NCBI GenBank assembly: GCA_963667015.2
Contig: CAXXJJ010000004.1
Location: forward strand, 2,688,001-2,752,000
DNA length: 64,000 nucleotides
Source of the DNA: Desulfatiglandales bacterium
GTDB taxonomy: Bacteria > Desulfobacterota > DSM-4660 > Desulfatiglandales > HGW-15
Reading direction: 5' to 3'
Position 1 is the first letter of the stretch; the number at the start of each line of letters is the position of its first letter. Below, piece after piece: positions 32,363-40,851 of the stretch. The notes below the pieces were generated by a model that was not told the DNA's origin, did not search any database, and was given only the letters and a program-made list of their open reading frames with translations. A program made the position numbers and the translations under genes.

Positions 32363-32969
32363 TGAATATAACAGAGACCAGTTGACTGTACTGGCCCAGG
32401 TAAGGGATTTTTTCAGGAATCTGCCATCCTCCGAAAAAGATAAAATACAAAAAATTATTCAGCCTTATCTTGTTTTCAGAGCTGATGTGGCAGACTTTCA
32501 TAATAAATTCCTGTCTGATATATGCACTGTAAAATGCTTTCAGGATATGCAGAGTGCCTGCTGCAATAAAGAGGGCATTGCGACTTTTTTTGCAGATTTT
32601 GTTGTCAACATCCTTTGTTCGGAAAATTCCGAGCTTGATACAATGGAAGAAAAACTGGTGAGAGGCGCAGCTGGAAACAAGTGTGTATACCTCACAGACA
32701 AAGGCTGCCTGTGGCGTTACAAGCCGATTGTATGTGAAATGTTTTTATGTGACCATGCGAAAAAATTACTTGGAGAAAAAGGAGCTTCTCATATGTCAAG
32801 ATGGGGCGCGCTTAGAGAGGAAGAAAAAAAATATACATGGCCTGATAAACCTGTCCTGTTTGATGAGCTTGAAGAGATTTTTATCGCCAAAGACATTGAA
32901 AACCCTCTAATGTATTGCCACAAAAGCCCTGGGCTCCTTCGAATAAAGTCCAGTTGGAAAAACATATAA
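32352..32969 (+). CDS. Hypothetical Cys-cluster protein (YkgJ-like)
   Basis: CTVKC..ACC, CVYL..GC..KPIVCEMFLC. Confidence 0.6.
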   Translation: MPFSEYNRDQLTVLAQVRDFFRNLPSSEKDKIQKIIQPYLVFRADVADFHNKFLSDICTVKCFQDMQSACCNKEGIATFFADFVVNILCSENSELDTMEEKLVRGAAGNKCVYLTDKGCLWRYKPIVCEMFLCDHAKKLLGEKGASHMSRWGALREEEKKYTWPDKPVLFDELEEIFIAKDIENPLMYCHKSPGLLRIKSSWKNI

Positions 32970-33141
32970 AATTTAAAAAAAGAGCAACATTTTGCATAAT
33001 TATATATTTTTATATACAACATATAGTAATTTTCCTTGACAAAATTCATTCAAATAATATATCTTTTATATCGTTTCGCCAAACGTTTAAACAAGTTTTC
33101 AAACTAACATATATTTTACATTATTTTTACTGAGGTGACCT

Positions 33142-33324
33142 ATGTACGTAGATGTTGTCTGTTCCTGGTGCAACAAGCTCCTTCGTACAAAATCTATTGG
33201 AAAGGATCGCAGCGGCAAACCGCGTGTAACCCACACTATTTGCTCCAGTTGCAAAGATCAGGTAATAAGAGAGTACAAAAAGAACCTTAAGCAGATAAGA
33301 CTGCAGCAAAGGCACGACCTCTAA
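33142..33324 (+). CDS. Small zinc-ribbon protein
   Basis: CSWC ... HTICSSC; RBS gaggtg. Confidence 0.7.
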   Translation: MYVDVVCSWCNKLLRTKSIGKDRSGKPRVTHTICSSCKDQVIREYKKNLKQIRLQQRHDL

Positions 33325-33417
33325 CCTGTACAGGCCTGTTCCCCTCCAGATAAACGGATCTTGAGATAAGATCTTGTATTGACCCTTTTTTCTTAAAATG
33401 TTAATTAGAACCACTTC

Positions 33418-33491
33418 GGGCGGTTAGCTCAGATGGATAGAGCGTTGGTCTCCGGAACCAAAGGCCGTGGGTTCGAATCCCGCATCGCCCA
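33418..33491 (+). tRNA. tRNA-Arg(CCG)
   Basis: Acceptor GGGCGGT/ATCGCCC, anticodon arm TTGGT-CTCCGGA-ACCAA, TTCGAAT loop; CCA not encoded. Confidence 0.95.
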
Positions 33492-33505
33492 CTTTCAATA
33501 ATAAC

Positions 33506-33577
33506 AAGGCTCTTAGCGTTTTTAAGAGCCTTATTTAATTTAACGCTTTTCTTGATTTCCCAACCCTATTCCCAACC
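33506..33577. repeat. Post-tRNA hairpin and direct repeat (possible integrase arm sites)
   Basis: aaggctctta / taagagcctt hairpin at 33506-33532; TTCCCAACC at 33557 and 33569. Confidence 0.45.
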
Positions 33578-33625
33578 TGAAGTGACAAAAGCTATTTAAG
33601 TAAACTTGTACAAAAAACAAAAATA

Positions 33626-34444
33626 TTAACATTCTTCTTCTGTCGTTGGAGCACTTGTAGTGGGCGCTATTGTTGACGGAGGCTCCGTCCATACATCCAT
33701 TTGAAGATCAATATAGCTCTTAATTCTTTTCAAATCAGACTCTTCAATCGGAAATTTATGAAAAGTTATCGTAACCTGATTTTCGTTTTTCAAACGTAAC
33801 ACAAATGACTTTTCAAGATCATCCAAAGAATCTTTATTTGGTCCTACTGAGCCAGCAGGCATTTGCCTTTGTTGCGCTTGCCTAGCATTTTTATTTACCA
33901 TCTCTTCTTTTTGCACATCCCTAACTTCTTCATCATCATTGCCTTCACAATCTTCTTCAACTCTAATTAGACCAGAAAAAGTTAATGTCCGCCTAAAACC
34001 TTTTATAAACTTATCGATCTTGCCAGCGTTGAACCCATGATCCTTTATTAGTTTTATTTTTAATGTTGCATCTGAAGGTAGATCGCCACTATATTCATTA
34101 TATAATTTTCTATAAATATTTGGATATAAAGCAATTTCTTTTACTATACTGATATAGTCTATATCATCAGGCGAATGTAAAGATATATCTATGCCTTTTT
34201 CTGTGATAACTAAATTACCTTGAGCCTCAGAAATCAAGCCAAATTGTTTAATAGCTGAAATAACTCTAGCAGAATAACCAGCATAAGTATCATACCCCAA
34301 ATCTTCCATAGCTGCTTCTTTTGGGAAAGGATTATTCTTCTCTTTCTCCCATAAAATATTCACCTTTTCAATGGCTTCATCCAATGATATCATGGGATAC
34401 GCTGGACTTCTTACCCTTTGTTTTTTTTGAGATTTAGGTTCCAT
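33626..34444 (-). CDS. Hypothetical protein, possible winged-helix N-terminal domain
   Basis: 272 aa, low GC, RBS ggagg; SPAYPMISLDEAI and ISAIKQFGLI..LVITEKG look wHTH-like; acidic low-complexity C-terminus. Confidence 0.65.
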   Translation of the reverse strand: MEPKSQKKQRVRSPAYPMISLDEAIEKVNILWEKEKNNPFPKEAAMEDLGYDTYAGYSARVISAIKQFGLISEAQGNLVITEKGIDISLHSPDDIDYISIVKEIALYPNIYRKLYNEYSGDLPSDATLKIKLIKDHGFNAGKIDKFIKGFRRTLTFSGLIRVEEDCEGNDDEEVRDVQKEEMVNKNARQAQQRQMPAGSVGPNKDSLDDLEKSFVLRLKNENQVTITFHKFPIEESDLKRIKSYIDLQMDVWTEPPSTIAPTTSAPTTEEEC

Positions 34445-34484
34445 TGCATTCCTCCCTGATTATTATAATATTAGATATGAAAGA

Positions 34485-34513
34485 GTTATACCTCTCTAAT
34501 TCTATTTTGTCAA
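34485..34513 (-). promoter_or_regulatory. sigma70 promoter of the 272-aa gene
   Basis: TTGACA-N17-TATAAC on the minus strand. Confidence 0.7.
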
Positions 34514-34600
34514 GACATTTATCACTGATATTACGGCTAGCGACATTAACATTAATTGTAATAAAAATGCTATTTAATTGCTCTAATGCTTTTTTGGGGA

Positions 34601-34629
34601 TTGACATACCATTAGGTGTGTGATTTAAT
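34601..34629 (+). promoter_or_regulatory. sigma70 promoter of the tRNA-peptide transcript
   Basis: TTGACA-N17-TTTAAT with extended -10 TG. Confidence 0.7.
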
Positions 34630-34665
34630 TAAAAAGCCTCACTAAGGAATATCCAAAGTGAGGCT
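34626..34665 (-). terminator. Intrinsic terminator for the antisense RNA (also the 5' hairpin of the sense transcript)
   Basis: Minus strand AGCCTCACT-ttggatattcctt-AGTGAGGCT followed by TTTTAATT. Confidence 0.65.
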
Positions 34666-34815
34666 GAAAAGACAAGGTGGGGTGGCTGAAATGGTGAAAG
34701 CACCTGACTGATAATCAGGGGTGGTTAAACGCCACTGGGGGTTCGAGGCCCCTTCCCACCGCCATTACCCCAATAAATACGAAGGACTTAAGGGGTAACA
34801 TAGATATAAACAACT
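34628..34815 (-). ncRNA. Predicted cis-antisense RNA (about 185 nt) covering the odd tRNA and the peptide leader
   Basis: Bounded by the minus-strand consensus promoter at 34822-34849 and the terminator at 34626-34665; ends approximate. Confidence 0.55.
34676..34764 (+). tRNA. Unusual tRNA: GAU (Ile) anticodon on a class II serine-type body
   Basis: GGTGGGG/TCCCACC acceptor, G73, encoded CCA; D stem GCT/AGC; CCTGA-CTGATAA-TCAGG; long V arm GTGGT-TAAAC-GCCAC; GGGGG-TTCGAGG-CCCCT. Confidence 0.85.
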
Positions 34816-34821
34816 GAAATT

Positions 34822-34849
34822 ATTATACAACATTTTCTATCTATGTCAA
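34822..34849 (-). promoter_or_regulatory. Antisense sigma70 promoter
   Basis: Perfect TTGACA-N16-TATAAT on the minus strand, pointing into the tRNA. Confidence 0.7.
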
Positions 34850-34876
34850 GAGGGTCCTTCGGGAAAGGAGTCCTCT

Positions 34877-34987
34877 ATGGCTAAGAAGAACGGAAAGAGG
34901 CTAATCTTCCGGGCTTGGATTACCGTAAAAGGTAAGCGTTTATACGCTAAGGATTACGGTTTAAAAGCTTGGGCAATCTGGGTATAA
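34877..34987 (+). CDS. 36-aa basic/aromatic small protein MAKKNGKRLIFRAWITVKGKRLYAKDYGLKAWAIWV
   Basis: Strong RBS AAAGGAG 6 nt before the ATG, terminator right after the stop; below the ORF-track length cutoff. Confidence 0.7.
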   Translation: MAKKNGKRLIFRAWITVKGKRLYAKDYGLKAWAIWV

Positions 34988-34996
34988 CCTAGACTT

Positions 34997-35036
34997 AAGG
35001 GGAAAAGAGTTTTTCTTTTCCCCTTTCTCATTTTTT
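34997..35036 (+). terminator. Intrinsic terminator after the small ORF
   Basis: aaggggaaaaga / tcttttcccctt hairpin followed by tctcatttttt. Confidence 0.7.
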
Positions 35037-35226
35037 GGTCCTTTACTAAATTTTATTTTTTGCAGGACCACTGGAAGAAATTTCCCCAGCAGCCCTACAA
35101 TATTTAGGAGGATCAACTCACGCTTAATAATACAGCTCTGAGGGATCGAAAAAAGAGGCAATGGTACATCAGGCCTTCACCATTTCCTAAGCTGGAAGGA
35201 TACTTATCTTCCAGACTAGACCAACA

Positions 35227-35592
35227 TTAATCACGTGAAGCGAGTGCTACAAAAGGTGATAAGGTGTTTGCCTCCTTAAAAGGTATTATCGCTGAGGACA
35301 GCATAGGCTGACCATCAACACGATATACAAACCTCACATGAATGCTTACATCCTGCTGCACACCGCTTTTATCAGCAAGAGCATACTGAGACATATCTGC
35401 CAGGATTATATCTCCAGTTGTGCCAACTGTTTCGCACTGCTCAATTGGTATCACTGGCCTCCCAAATAGAGAAACATATGGAGAGGATGACGCTCCGCCA
35501 GATGGGAGATACACTGGAGCACCAGCATCTCCAACAGTCTGACTCATACCATAAAGCTGAGGCAGACAATCCTGATTAATAAAGCAACCCAA
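35227..35592 (-). pseudogene. C-terminal fragment of an HK97-type phage major capsid protein
   Basis: INQDCLPQL, LFGRPVIPIEQC, GDIILADMSQY, SIHVRF, RVDGQP, SPFVAL; N-terminal part missing. Confidence 0.8.
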
Positions 35593-36055
35593 TATTTAAC
35601 AACCATGAAATGTACCACAAAATCAACCGACTATATAAACAACTTTGAGAGATCTTCCACGCAATGTGGCTACAGATAATTTATAATCGAATATCGGCCA
35701 AAATGCCAATGCTGGCAAAATGGCCGATTTCCGATTTTAAAAAGGGAGCAACAGTATCTCGAGTCGCTGAAAAGCACGGCATGCCTACATCCCTGGCCTT
35801 CTCTGTTGCTCTGGTTGGTAAAAATGACTATGGCTGATTTCGTGATTTACAATGGGGGATAAAAACCTAAGACAAATGGAACTGAGCTGGTTGTTTACCT
35901 CTTGGGTGAACAGATAGGAGTCAGCCCTTTATATTGTTGTCGCATGAATGTAATGGATTTTAACTGTCTTTGAAGATGAAAAGACAACGTAACAGTCAGG
36001 GGTATCTCTGTTTCTTCCGCTTTCGTGTGTTTCATAAAAATAATACCAACAAGTT

Positions 36056-36439
36056 TTATTCAGAATCTTCAAGAAACCTTTCAATAGGGGCATCCAGAAT
36101 ACTTGACAGCTTTCTTGCCATTTTAATACTTATAGCTCTGTGTCCATTTTCCATATTTGAAACATGCTGTCTTGGAATACTTCCCAAGGCCTCTCCGAGT
36201 TGAACCTGCGTCAAGCCTTTATTCTCTCGATAAATACGTAAGTATTTTCCAGGTGTCATTTTCCCTTTAATATCTTTGTACCATTGACTATCAAAGACAT
36301 TGATATAATCTTCCTCATCATCTGTTAAAAGGTTTAATTCCTTCCCATATTCTTCCTTTAAAACTTTCATAAGCTTTGGTGGAATTTTTTCGCCTTTTAC
36401 ATTGATTTCAATATGGGGCGTTTTCACGACTGCCTGCAT
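36056..36439 (-). CDS. XRE/HTH antitoxin (HigA-like)
   Basis: LRIYRENKGLTQVQLGEALG..VSNMENGHRAIS; overlaps the upstream toxin gene. Confidence 0.85.
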   Translation of the reverse strand: MQAVVKTPHIEINVKGEKIPPKLMKVLKEEYGKELNLLTDDEEDYINVFDSQWYKDIKGKMTPGKYLRIYRENKGLTQVQLGEALGSIPRQHVSNMENGHRAISIKMARKLSSILDAPIERFLEDSE

Positions 36440-36677
36440 AATACGCCTCTATAATTAAAGATTGCTCTTCATAATACCAGCATGCCACCCATTTTCTGGT
36501 TAAATGGCAATGATGTTTATCTTTGCCGAGTTTGCTGTAATTCGGCCATCCGGGTTGAACTGGTCCCTTTTCTCTCAGGTCATCAACCAGCACTGCCAGT
36601 TTTTCCTGAACATGGACCGGCATCTTTTTTATTTCTTTAAAAATCTTCTTTTTGATTATTACATTAAAAACAGACAT
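36408..36677 (-). CDS. RelE/HigB-superfamily toxin
   Basis: 89-aa basic protein, WPNYSKL, HHCHL, YYAGSRENAPY; toxin-first order. Confidence 0.75.
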   Translation of the reverse strand: MSVFNVIIKKKIFKEIKKMPVHVQEKLAVLVDDLREKGPVQPGWPNYSKLGKDKHHCHLTRKWVACWYYEEQSLIIEAYYAGSRENAPY

Positions 36678-36882
36678 AATGTAACCATTTTTTGATTCCT
36701 CGTCAATTCTTTAGTTGATGGTTTCTTGAATAAGTTTTTACGAAGCTAAGCTGTGTTGACCTAATTTAAACAGGATGGTAAAAAGTTATAGTTTTATTTC
36801 ATAGTAGCCGATATAAGACAAGTTAGAAATTTTTCTCAAAATCGTGAGTCAATAAATTCAATCATTTTTCCGGGAGGATTAA

Positions 36883-37185
36883 ATGGGGGCTTTTTTCAAA
36901 AAATTACTTACCATAGCTATTATCTGCGCTATTGTTTATGCCCTGATGGGATACCATTACATAATTGTAGATAAGTCCCTAAAAATGCTCAAAAAATCGG
37001 AGCTTACCCTCAAATATACACTCTTTAACACGGATGGGAAAAAACCTGAAAAAGTAATGTCCATACCTGAACTATGGGATGACGGGATAGGAGAACTGCT
37101 CATGGAAGAAGGGGTAATAAGTGAGGAAGAGCTCGAAAAATTCAGGATATTAAAGGAGGCTGAGGAAGAAGAGGAATACTATTAA
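36883..37185 (+). CDS. Hypothetical membrane-anchored protein
   Basis: RBS ggagg, N-terminal TM, acidic tail. Confidence 0.7.
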   Translation: MGAFFKKLLTIAIICAIVYALMGYHYIIVDKSLKMLKKSELTLKYTLFNTDGKKPEKVMSIPELWDDGIGELLMEEGVISEEELEKFRILKEAEEEEEYY

Positions 37186-37628
37186 ATCTCAAAATCCACC
37201 TTGATCTTGTACATCTTTACAGCAGGCAGATTAAGAATATCATCCACACCGGTTTTTTCAGCAATCTCATTAAGAGACTTTTCTATAAAGGCCACATCCG
37301 GGGCAATGAAGGTAAACCATATATTATAGGCATTTTTTCTCAGATAGTTATGGGTAACACCCTTGTAACTGTTAACAACCTCAACAAATTTATCTATTTT
37401 TTCCTCCGGCACCTTAGCTGCACAGAGGGTACTGGTAAAATTAAGCTTTCGGGAATTAAAATTACCGCCGATCCTTCTGATAACGCCCTCTTCTTTTAAC
37501 CTGTTTATTCGTTCAATCACTTCGTCTTCAGGCATATTTAATCTTTCACCCAGTTCAAGAAAGGGCCTTGATGTTATCGGAAAACCGGACTGTATTTCAT
37601 TCAGGAGATCTTTATCTATTTTGTCCAT
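37182..37628 (-). CDS. ahbA: Siroheme decarboxylase subunit (Lrp/AsnC-like)
   Basis: IQSGFPITSRPF, GVIRRIG, STLCAAKVP, VTHNYLR..YNIWFT; start moved to MDKIDK. Confidence 0.85.
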   Translation of the reverse strand: MDKIDKDLLNEIQSGFPITSRPFLELGERLNMPEDEVIERINRLKEEGVIRRIGGNFNSRKLNFTSTLCAAKVPEEKIDKFVEVVNSYKGVTHNYLRKNAYNIWFTFIAPDVAFIEKSLNEIAEKTGVDDILNLPAVKMYKIKVDFEI

Positions 37629-37632
37629 GATT

Positions 37633-38709
37633 TTAACCCGGCTGATAGGCACATAAAGGTTCCTCTGCAAGATAATCTCCGGTTGCCTCATACGCCCTTG
37701 CCCTGCAGCCCCCGCAGAATTTCCTGTATTCACACCTGCCGCATTTGCCCTTGTAGGAATTAAAATCTCTCAGATCATTAAAAATCTTCGAGTCTTTCCA
37801 TATTTTATCAAATGGGTCTTTCTTGAGATCACCGCAGTTGAGCTCAAGATACCCGCAAGGCTGTACAATTCCGTCATAGGAAATAAAACAGAAGGATGTC
37901 CCTCCAAGGCATCCCCTTGTCATGGCATCAAGGCCGTATGTCTCAAAGTCTATCTTCTCGCCCTTTGCATGGGCCTCCTGGCGAAGTATCCGATAATAAT
38001 GGGGTGCACATGTCGCCTTAAGATGAAGAGGCGTCTTGTTCCTCATATGATAAAACCAGTGCAGCAGCTTCTCATATCTCCGGGCATCTATTTCCTGATT
38101 TTCCATATCCTTTGCCCGGCCTGTTGGAACAAGCAGAAAGATATGATGGGCAACCGCACCCAGATCAACGGCTATCTGCAGTATTTTATCGATGTCATCT
38201 GCGTTGTGCCGTGTAACAGTTGTATTTATCTGATACTCCAGACCGGCCTCCTTCATATATGATATCCCTCTGAGAGATGCATCAAATGCACCCTGAACCT
38301 TTCTGAAGGCATCATGTTTTTCTGCTGTTTCTCCATCCAGAGATATGCTTACCCGCTTAATCCCTGATTCTTTCATGCTTTCGACAAGTTCAGGCGTAAG
38401 AAGCGTACCATTGGTGGCCATCACCATCCGAAGCCCGAGACCCGTGCCATACCTTGCCAGTTCAAAAATATCCTCACGTAACAGGGGTTCTCCGCCGGTG
38501 AGTATTATTATAGGACTACCAGTAAGGGTTATCTCATCAAGGATCTGCTTTGCCTTTGCAGTATCAAGCTCGCCTTCATAGGGGCCTTTTTCTGCAGACG
38601 CCCTGCAATGAACGCAGCTGAGATTGCAGCTTCGTGTAACTTCCCAGGCTACAAGCCTGGGCTGGTTTGGCGCGCCATGCGGATGACCTTTATGTATTTT
38701 ATTATCCAT
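37633..38709 (-). CDS. ahbD: Heme b synthase (radical SAM/SPASM)
   Basis: [44 protein letters not shown]. Confidence 0.9.
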   Translation of the reverse strand: MDNKIHKGHPHGAPNQPRLVAWEVTRSCNLSCVHCRASAEKGPYEGELDTAKAKQILDEITLTGSPIIILTGGEPLLREDIFELARYGTGLGLRMVMATNGTLLTPELVESMKESGIKRVSISLDGETAEKHDAFRKVQGAFDASLRGISYMKEAGLEYQINTTVTRHNADDIDKILQIAVDLGAVAHHIFLLVPTGRAKDMENQEIDARRYEKLLHWFYHMRNKTPLHLKATCAPHYYRILRQEAHAKGEKIDFETYGLDAMTRGCLGGTSFCFISYDGIVQPCGYLELNCGDLKKDPFDKIWKDSKIFNDLRDFNSYKGKCGRCEYRKFCGGCRARAYEATGDYLAEEPLCAYQPG

Positions 38710-39673
38710 TTAAAACCTTTGCAGCTTCCTTGGCGAAATAGGTAAATATGAGCTTTGCTCCCGCCCTTTTAATACATGTAAGACTTTCCATCATTATTCT
38801 CGGGCCGTCAACCCATCCTCTTTCTTCTGCGGCCTTTATCATGGAATACTCTCCGCTTACATGGTAGGCGGCAATCGGCAACAGGCATTCATCCTGGACA
38901 CGTTTTAAGATATCGAGATAGGGCAACGCCGGTTTTACCATTATCATGTCCGCACCTTCTTCAATATCCAGAATCGCCTCTCTCAGTGCCTCATTACTGT
39001 TTCCCGGATCCATCTGGTAGCCGGTCCTGTCACCAAACTCGGGGGCTGATTCAGCCGCCTCCCTGAAAGGTCCGTAAAAGGCCGATGCATATTTTACCGC
39101 ATATGAGATGATCCCGCTGTCACAGTAGCCATTGCTGTCAAGGATATCTCTTATGGCTGCAACCCTGCCGTCCATCATGTCGGATGGTGCAACAAAATCC
39201 GCTCCGGCCTTTACATGACTTAGGGCCGTTTTTGCCAGTATCTCAAGGGTAGAATCATTGTGAACACATCCGTTTTCAATAATTCCGCAATGACCATGGT
39301 CCGTATATTCACACAGGCAGACATCGGTTATTACGACCATATCCGGGTATTTGTCCTTTATTGCACTTATGGAACGCTGGACAGCCTCATTCTCATCAAA
39401 GGCACTGCTTCCGATAGAATCCTTTTTTTCCGGCAGACCAAATAGAATGATGGATTTAACGTCAAAATCTCTCAATTCCCCAACTTCGGATACCAGGGTA
39501 TCTACGGAAAAATGATATTGTCCCGGCATTGACGGTATAGTATCCTTTATCCCTTTTCCGTTTTTTACAAAGAGAGGATATACAAGGTCCCTGGTAGTGA
39601 CCTCTGTCTCCCTGACCATATTCCTTATTTCAGGTGTTCTTCTTAGTCTTCTGGGACGAATGATCATTTTCAC
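38702..39673 (-). CDS. hemB: Porphobilinogen synthase
   Basis: [34 protein letters not shown]. Confidence 0.97.
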   Translation of the reverse strand: MKMIIRPRRLRRTPEIRNMVRETEVTTRDLVYPLFVKNGKGIKDTIPSMPGQYHFSVDTLVSEVGELRDFDVKSIILFGLPEKKDSIGSSAFDENEAVQRSISAIKDKYPDMVVITDVCLCEYTDHGHCGIIENGCVHNDSTLEILAKTALSHVKAGADFVAPSDMMDGRVAAIRDILDSNGYCDSGIISYAVKYASAFYGPFREAAESAPEFGDRTGYQMDPGNSNEALREAILDIEEGADMIMVKPALPYLDILKRVQDECLLPIAAYHVSGEYSMIKAAEERGWVDGPRIMMESLTCIKRAGAKLIFTYFAKEAAKVLNG

Positions 39674-40851
39674 ACTCCAATCTCTTCATCGGTAAGATAA
39701 CATGCCGGATCCGGGGCCCACAGATCGCCTGTTGCAGCCTCTGCCCTTACCCGGAAATTACCTGCGCAGATATCCAGCCATTTGCACTGTGCGCATCGGC
39801 CTGTCATGTATTTCTTTTTATCTTTCAGCCTGCTCAGTAATGGGTCAGACATATCTGTCCATATCTCACTGAAGGGCCTTTCGAGCACATTCCCAAAGGT
39901 CTGGTGTCGCCAGAACTGATCCGCATGAACAGCGCCGTCCCAGCTTATACAGCCGATACCTCTGCCAGAACTGTTACCCTCATTCATCTGGAGGAGCTCA
40001 AGAACTTCTCCGCTCCTCGGGTTTTCTTCCTTTAACATACGCAAATACACATATGGCCCATCGGCATGATTGTCTACAGTTAAGATTTCCTTTGGTTTTC
40101 CACGGTCGTGAAGGTCTTTTGTCCGGTCTATAATAAGGTCTACAACCTCTCTGGTTTCATCATGGGAGAGATCCTGTTCGATCAGTTCAGATCCCCTGCC
40201 TGCATAAACCAGGTGATAAAAACAGACCCTCGGGATCTCCATCTCTTCTAAAAGATCGAATACCGGGGCTATCTGGTCCTTATTCAGCTTGCTTATGGTA
40301 AACCTGAGGCCAACCTTGAGACCTGCTTCAAGACTGTTCTCGATACCGCTCACGGCCGCCTTGAATGCACCTTTCTTTTTCCTGAAGTGATCATTTACCT
40401 CCTCCATTCCGTCGAGGCTCACGCCAACATAGGAAAGACCAATCTTCTTGAGCTCTGCAGCTTTTTCTTTGGTAATAAGCGTTCCGTTTGTAGAAATAAC
40501 AGCCCTCATACCTTTACTGACTGCGTAATCCGCCAGTTCCGGAAGGTCAGGCCTTACAAGGGGTTCACCTCCCGAAAAAAGCACAACAGGGGTACCGAAC
40601 TGTGCAAGGTCATCAAGAACAACCTTTGCCTGTTCGGTTGAAAGTTCTTTTTCGAGGGCCTTTTCAGTGGCATGGGCATAACAGTGCACGCATTTGAGAT
40701 TGCATGCTCTTGTTACATTCCAGACTACAACCGGTTTTTTATCCTTTGAAAACTGAAGGAGGTGCGACGGCAATTTTGATGAATGTCTCCCGTAACGCAA
40801 GGCATCGGAAGGTTCCACTGTTCCACAATAAAGCTTTGAAATTCCAATCAT
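39670..40851 (-). CDS. ahbC: 12,18-didecarboxysiroheme deacetylase (radical SAM)
   Basis: [44 protein letters not shown]. Confidence 0.92.
   Translation of the reverse strand: MIGISKLYCGTVEPSDALRYGRHSSKLPSHLLQFSKDKKPVVVWNVTRACNLKCVHCYAHATEKALEKELSTEQAKVVLDDLAQFGTPVVLFSGGEPLVRPDLPELADYAVSKGMRAVISTNGTLITKEKAAELKKIGLSYVGVSLDGMEEVNDHFRKKKGAFKAAVSGIENSLEAGLKVGLRFTISKLNKDQIAPVFDLLEEMEIPRVCFYHLVYAGRGSELIEQDLSHDETREVVDLIIDRTKDLHDRGKPKEILTVDNHADGPYVYLRMLKEENPRSGEVLELLQMNEGNSSGRGIGCISWDGAVHADQFWRHQTFGNVLERPFSEIWTDMSDPLLSRLKDKKKYMTGRCAQCKWLDICAGNFRVRAEAATGDLWAPDPACYLTDEEIGV

Larger units (their letters stand above)
33492..36677. mobile_element. Decayed prophage/genomic island at tRNA-Arg
   Basis: Begins at the tRNA 3' end; holds a capsid gene fragment, an unusual tRNA and a TA pair; no integrase or second att seen, right border uncertain. 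Confidence 0.6.

Noticed and set aside
34676..34764. Reading the odd tRNA as tRNA-Sec, an ordinary tRNA-Ile, or the attR copy of tRNA-Arg
   Set aside because: It has no UCA anticodon or 8/5 stem; the long V arm and G73 contradict Ile; it does not match the tRNA-Arg 3' end
34961..35161. 66-aa minus-strand ORF
   Set aside because: No clear RBS; it runs through the terminator and the end of the better-supported 36-aa ORF
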